This document shows positions 59,101 to 64,000 of a DNA stretch of 64,000 bases, piece after piece. The stretch is from assembly GCF_003918875.1 (NCBI RefSeq), contig NW_025767479.1:1302001-1366000 (forward strand), read 5' to 3'. Each line of letters opens with the position of its first letter. Position 1 is the first letter of the stretch. The notes beneath the pieces are model-generated. The model saw only the letters and a program-made list of their open reading frames with translations, did no database searches and was not told where the DNA came from. The translations under genes and the position numbers were made by a program. Source of the stretch: Haliotis rubra. Its lineage: Eukaryota.

Positions 59101-61571
59101 GTGAGTTAACGGGATGTGACTCTATTTCTTCCCCCAACCACGTTAACGCATTTAACTTTTAAAACTTAAAATTGAGATAAGGTATTTGAATTTGATTTAA
59201 ATAGGTAGACTTAAACATGAATTTCAGTACGGCTTGGTTTTTAAAATATTTTTCTTGAACGCATTTTGAACACGATACCTGCATCATACAGAGGTTAAGA
59301 CCTCGTAATTCCGTACATGTGTATGTTAAATCTATCAGAATATGTTTGTAAAAATAAAATATGTATATCATAATTAATATCTTCGTATGAAAGAAAGATG
59401 CTTTGATAATATCAGGTCTATGAATGGTTTCATAGTAGGTTAAGAATAGGAATATATACTTAATGAGATTCAATTTTCTCGACGTAGACATTATTTTGAA
59501 CATGAAATACACGTAAATGTGATATTTGTTTGTTCAACCAATATCATCTTATCTTTAGCTTTTATAAACATATAAACTACCGGGCAAAAGAAAACAACCC
59601 CCAAAACGCTGGTATAGGTTTGAACTCAAGCAGAAAGCATTCGCCAAAACGCAACATGGTCCCGATAACAACGCAGCTGTCGGAAAACTTGTACGAATCG
59701 TGCATTTTTCAAAACGTGGAAAACCAGGCGCGTAGCAAGCCAATTTTTCGTGTAAGTCCGATAGATTGCAAAGCTTTATATTTAGATAGTATTGAGGGCT
59801 TGCCTAACCTTTTTAGGAAGAATCATGTGTAAGCCAGGGCTTTTTTTATAATGGTTGCTACGCCCCTGAAAACATATATGTTGGATGTTGCACAGAGCAA
59901 GCATGCAGTAACAAAAACAACAACACGAATATGCCAAGACGAACTGTTCGTCGGTGGCAGCGACGTGACGGGGAGAGAAGGCTCTTTACATATGAAAGTC
60001 GGTTCAGCCTGTTTGGCAGAGTTCGAGTTTTTCATAGTGGACAGCGACTGGCGCCAAACTGGCGTTCAAGAAGTTCATCCGTAGAGGGCGTCATGGCGTG
60101 GGACGGCATTTGTGGCCAGACAACAACAAGACTGGTTCTCATCCGAGTAAATCTGAATGCCTAGCGATACAGGGATGAAGTGTTCAGACTTTTTGTGGGG
60201 CCCTTTTATTCGACAACAGCCAAGAGGAGTCATGTTGGAGCACAACAACGCAAGGCCTCACCGCCAGAATTGTTCGAGAATACCTGCACAACGTTAACGT
60301 CAACGTAATACATTGGCCAGCGTTCTCCAGACATGACCCCCATTGAGCATCTCTGGGATCATCTTGACCGTCAGCTGAGACAGCGTGTACCACCTTGAGC
60401 AATCTGACGGGAACTTGAACAGACTCTCTTGGACTTATGCAACAGGATTCTTGCTGACGTCATCTGCCGACTGAAGACGTCAATGAGGAGACGTGTGTTG
60501 GCGTGCATGGATGCCCAGGGTGGTCACACTCGCTATTGATGACACGTCTATCTCATTATGTGAATCTGTATGCACTATTTGAATGAACTCTGATTTGTGT
60601 AATTTCTACTTTTGACCCCTTGACGCTTCCTTAATGAATTAGGGCAAATGCCAGACCACCATTACAATGAATTTTGAGTCAAATTATTAGAAAATGATTT
60701 CTCTTTGTAACATAATTATCACAAATCTAACATACATCTCCGTTTTTATTTTATGGTCAAGTGAAGTCGGTGAGAATTTTCTTTTGCCTGACAGTTAAGC
60801 ATTCTTGGAGAAAAGTAGCATATGCAGATATGGGTATTATCTTTCGTTGGAAGAATTAATTTTCCAAACAGCGTCTAACTGATCTTTTACCTATTTAACA
60901 TATCCGAAATATTTTACTGATATGTACATGTATACATATGGCTGAGATTGTTGGAATATTCGGTGTCATTGTTTCCTTGACATCATCATCCAGTTGTCAA
61001 GTCTTCCTTCTATGTCCATTAATATTTCAGCAGCTCTAGCCTATATTTCAAAACTAATGATTTACAATCGGCCATAACCTTTTTACGAAGATTTCAAAGA
61101 ACGCCAAATGATGCTTGCTGTGAGATTGTTTGGTCAGGTTACAGCAATCAAGGCCTTAGTCAAGCTTCAATAGGTTTATGGTAGACATATGAAGGACATT
61201 TACAAATTTGACTCATCACCGACAAAAATAAAGTTTGATGCAAATGCCTATTTTGTCTTACAATACATGTTCCCGTGTTCAATTGAACAATTGGTTTGCC
61301 TTTGCGAGTGTTTTTGACGATGGGGCAGGATACGCTCATTATTGTGAAAAATGGTAGTATTATAACTTATAGAGATTCATAAACACATAAATTTGTCGTA
61401 ATTGTACAAAGGATTTGATTATTAATGTTGCTTTAACTGACAGATGCCAAGTTTATAACAATCTGCCTCCGAACTGCCCCCTGACGAAAGCTCCTGGGGA
61501 ATGCTGCGGCAAGCCATCTTGTCACTTCACCGGTACTGGCGGCGTATCGACAGGCTCCGGACAGGGACAAA
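56147..61571 (+). CDS. Secreted VWC-like cysteine-rich repeat protein, 5' part (continues beyond window)
   Basis: Exons 56147-56225 (signal peptide MALGIIAVLSCCLAVSLGADVVRQIT), 57940-58051 (CTYKGKTYQQGQKWTEGCEQSCECVDASRGFYKCKA), 61444-61571 (CQVYNNLPPNCPLTKAPGECCGKPSCHFTGTGGVSTGSGQGQ) join in phase; no stop reached. Confidence 0.85.
57367..57585 (+). mobile_element. SINE family B with TSD
   Basis: TSD TACACTTCATTGGA on both sides. Confidence 0.85.
58064..58511. repeat. 32-bp perfect minisatellite (~14 units)
   Basis: TGGCAGCTGGAACAATATCTGATTATTGGAAC, no spacers. Confidence 0.97.
58520..59058 (+). mobile_element. Degraded LINE 3' end
   Basis: EDVQHFLV (C-terminal zinc-knuckle-like region), AATAAA, then (TATC/TATG) tail. 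Confidence 0.5.
60030..60539 (+). pseudogene. Tc1-like DDE transposase remnant
   Basis: VMAWDGI, NLNA*RYRDEV, HNNARPH, WPA.SPDM.PIEHLWD, GGHTRY* with frameshifts. Confidence 0.88.
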
Positions 61572-61776
61572 GTAGGTTTTCTGGAGTTTACGCCGTTGTT
61601 GATTTGAGTCTTCCATTTAGATGTTGACTCTCGGACTCTCCTGACACATGCACAGCCGCCGAGGTAGTGGCGTTTGATATTTCTGATCTGGAGGATTTAT
61701 CTACACACTAAGGAAACTAAACTATACATCAGCCTCTGAACTTCTTTGAAAGGACCCGTGAAGGTCAGGGTTAGAA

Positions 61777-61845
61777 CATCCTCGATAATCTCCAGGGTAT
61801 ACGTTACGATCACTGTCCACTATATAGTGGAGATTATCGAGGATC
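61777..61845. mobile_element. 69-bp Mutator-like micro-MITE nested in a SINE B head
   Basis: 17-bp TIR ATCCTCGATAATCTCCA; 9-bp TSD GGGTTAGAA at 61768-61776 and 61846-61854. Confidence 0.78.
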
Positions 61846-62583
61846 GGGTTAGAATTGATCTTCAGTAACCCATGCTTGTCGTAAGAGGCTACTAACGGGA
61901 TCGGGTGGCCAGGCTCACTGACTTGGTTGACGCATGTCATCGGTTCCCAATTGCGTAGATCGATACTCATGCTGTTGATCACTGGATTGTCTGGTCCAGA
62001 CTTGATTATTTACAGAGCGCCGCCATATAGCTGGAATATTGCTCAGTGTGGCGTAAAACTAAACTCACTCACTCACTCTTTGCAAAGGTCTACAGTGAAT
62101 AATATTAACTGCGCCTCACCCGTTCTGAAGAACCTAACAGTTACACACCACGTTAGATATTCTACAACCAGTTTGTTGGGGCGTTTTGGTAGGTAGTTGA
62201 GGTAATGATGATGACAATGTGAACGAGGTCATCACGCTGCGGACAAGGTCGCAGCCCGCGGGACGTGAGACAGGAAATCATGACTGTCTCTATGTCAAGT
62301 CGCAATCACATGTCTGCGTTAACTGACAATTAGATCAGTTTTCTGTGTGTTAGATTTGTATGGAAGCGTATTAGTGCCAAAACCTAAAGATATTCCTCGT
62401 CAACGCAGAGGATATTAACTCCTACGCGTATGATAACATAATGTAAGGAGAGGAAAGTATAATCTTCTATTGAATCATCGACTTTGGCAACAACATTTTC
62501 TGGGGGAATCGACAACAGTTCCGGAACAGTTTCATGTAATATCTGGCTTAATTCATTTTGAGAAATTTATTTGTCCTTTTCAG

Positions 62584-62640
62584 CTGCCTTGACATGCCCG
62601 AATTTTATCGATGATAGTTATATAATTATATATGATTACA
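62584..62640 (+). CDS. Possible exon 4 of the second VWC gene
   Basis: TTGTCCTTTTCAG| ALTCPNFIDDSYIIIYDY |GTAAGT; phase 1-1 compatible; no domain recognised. Confidence 0.4.
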
Positions 62641-62674
62641 GTAAGTTATGCAAATACGGAAAAAGGTCAAATTA

Positions 62675-64000
62675 CATCTACGTAGATGTAAGTTTGATCT
62701 ACGTAGATGTAAGTATGATCTACGTGGATGTAAGTATGATCTACGTAGATGTAAGTATGATCTACGTGGATGTAAGTATGATCTACGTGGATGTAAGTAT
62801 GATCTACGTGGATGTAAGTATGATCTACGTGGGTGTAAGTATGATCTACGTAGATGTATGTATGATCTACGTAGATGTAAGTATGATCTACGTGGGTGTA
62901 AGTGTGATATACGTAGATGTATGATCTACGTGGATGTAAGTATGATCTACGTAGATGTAAGTACGATCTAAGTAGATATAAGAATGATCTACGTGGATGT
63001 AAGTGTGATCTAAGTAGATGTAAGTATGATCTACGTGGATGTAAGTATGATCTAAGTAGATGTAAGTATGATCTACGTAGATGTAAGTGTGATCTAAGTA
63101 GATGTAAGTATGACCTAAGTAGATGTGTGTATGATCCACGTGGATGTAAGTATGATCTACGTTGGATGTAAGCATGATCTACGTAGGTGTATGTATGATC
63201 TACGTAGATGTATGTATGATCTACGTAGATGTAAAGTGTGATCTACGTTGGATGTAAGCATGATCTACGTAGATGTAAGCATGATCTACGTTGGTGTAAG
63301 TGTGATCTACGTTGGTGTAACTGTGAGCTACGTGGATGTAAGTGTGATCTACGTAGATGTAAGTATGATCTACGTGGATGTAAGTATGATCTATGTAGAT
63401 GTAAGTATGATCTACGTGGGTGTAAGTGTGATATACGTAGATGTAAGTATGATCTACGTGGATGTAAGTATGATCTACGTAGATGTAAGTATGATCTAAG
63501 TAGATGTAAGTATGATCTACGTGGATGTAAGTATGATCTAAGTAGATGTAAGTATGATCTACGTAGATGTAAGTGTGATCTAAGTAGATGTAAGTATGAC
63601 CTAAGTAGATGTGTGTATGATCCACGTGGATGTAAGTATGATCTACGTTGGATGTAAGCATGATCTACGTAGGTGTATGTATGATCTACGTAGATGTATG
63701 TATGATCTACGTAGATGTAAAGTGTGATCTACGTTGGATGTAAGCATGATCTACGTAGATGTAAGCATGATCTACGTTGGTGTAAGTGTGATCTACGTTG
63801 GTGTAACTGTGAGCTACGTGGATGTAAGTGTGATCTACGTAGATGTAAGTATGATCTACGTGGATGTAAGTATGATCTATGTAGATGTAAGTATGATCTA
63901 CGTGGGTGTAAGTGTGATATACGTAGATGTAAGTATGATCTACGTGGATGTAAGTATGATCTACGTAGATGTAAGTATGATCTAAGTAGATGTAAGTATG
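62675..64000. repeat. 21-bp satellite (ATCTACGTAGATGTAAGTATG) with a 486-bp higher-order repeat
   Basis: Identical ORFs at 63248 and 63734 (offset 486); array runs off the window. Confidence 0.96.

Noticed and set aside
62571-63985. Cys/Tyr-rich repetitive ORFs (CKYDLRG, MIYVDVS)
   Set aside because: A 21-bp satellite open in several frames on both strands; no evidence of coding.

Overview
Eukaryotic (invertebrate, probably molluscan/gastropod - inferred from gene and SINE style, not proven) genomic DNA with intron-rich genes and dense repeats. Exons were assembled by hand from splice sites and reading-frame continuity. (1) NELFCD/TH1L, minus strand, 16 coding exons, 19994->9076, 575 aa, with one GC-AG intron. 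(2) TANGO6 (Rtp1 homologue), plus strand, 16 coding exons, 20435->42628, about 1250 aa, head-to-head with NELFCD (440 bp between start codons), with one frame break in exon 2. (3) A secreted protein with signal peptide + 3 ShKT + 2 VWC-like domains, minus strand, 9 exons, 53856->43360, 303 aa. (4) A divergently transcribed secreted VWC-like repeat gene, plus strand, starting at 56147 and running off the window. There is possibly a fifth gene (minus strand) at the left edge. Introns hold three SINE families, MITEs with TIRs and TSDs (P-, hAT-, Merlin-, Mutator-like), a Kolobok-like element with a THAP remnant, Tc1 and LINE remnants, Helentron-like elements and several minisatellites. The most notable observations: (ACTC)n-tailed SINEs inserted precisely into 5' splice sites, duplicating or replacing the donor; a ~25-copy 60-bp array built from a TANGO6 acceptor/exon junction in which the upstream copies read into a stop; a SINE family with a fixed, pseudoknot-forming 5' end and no A box.
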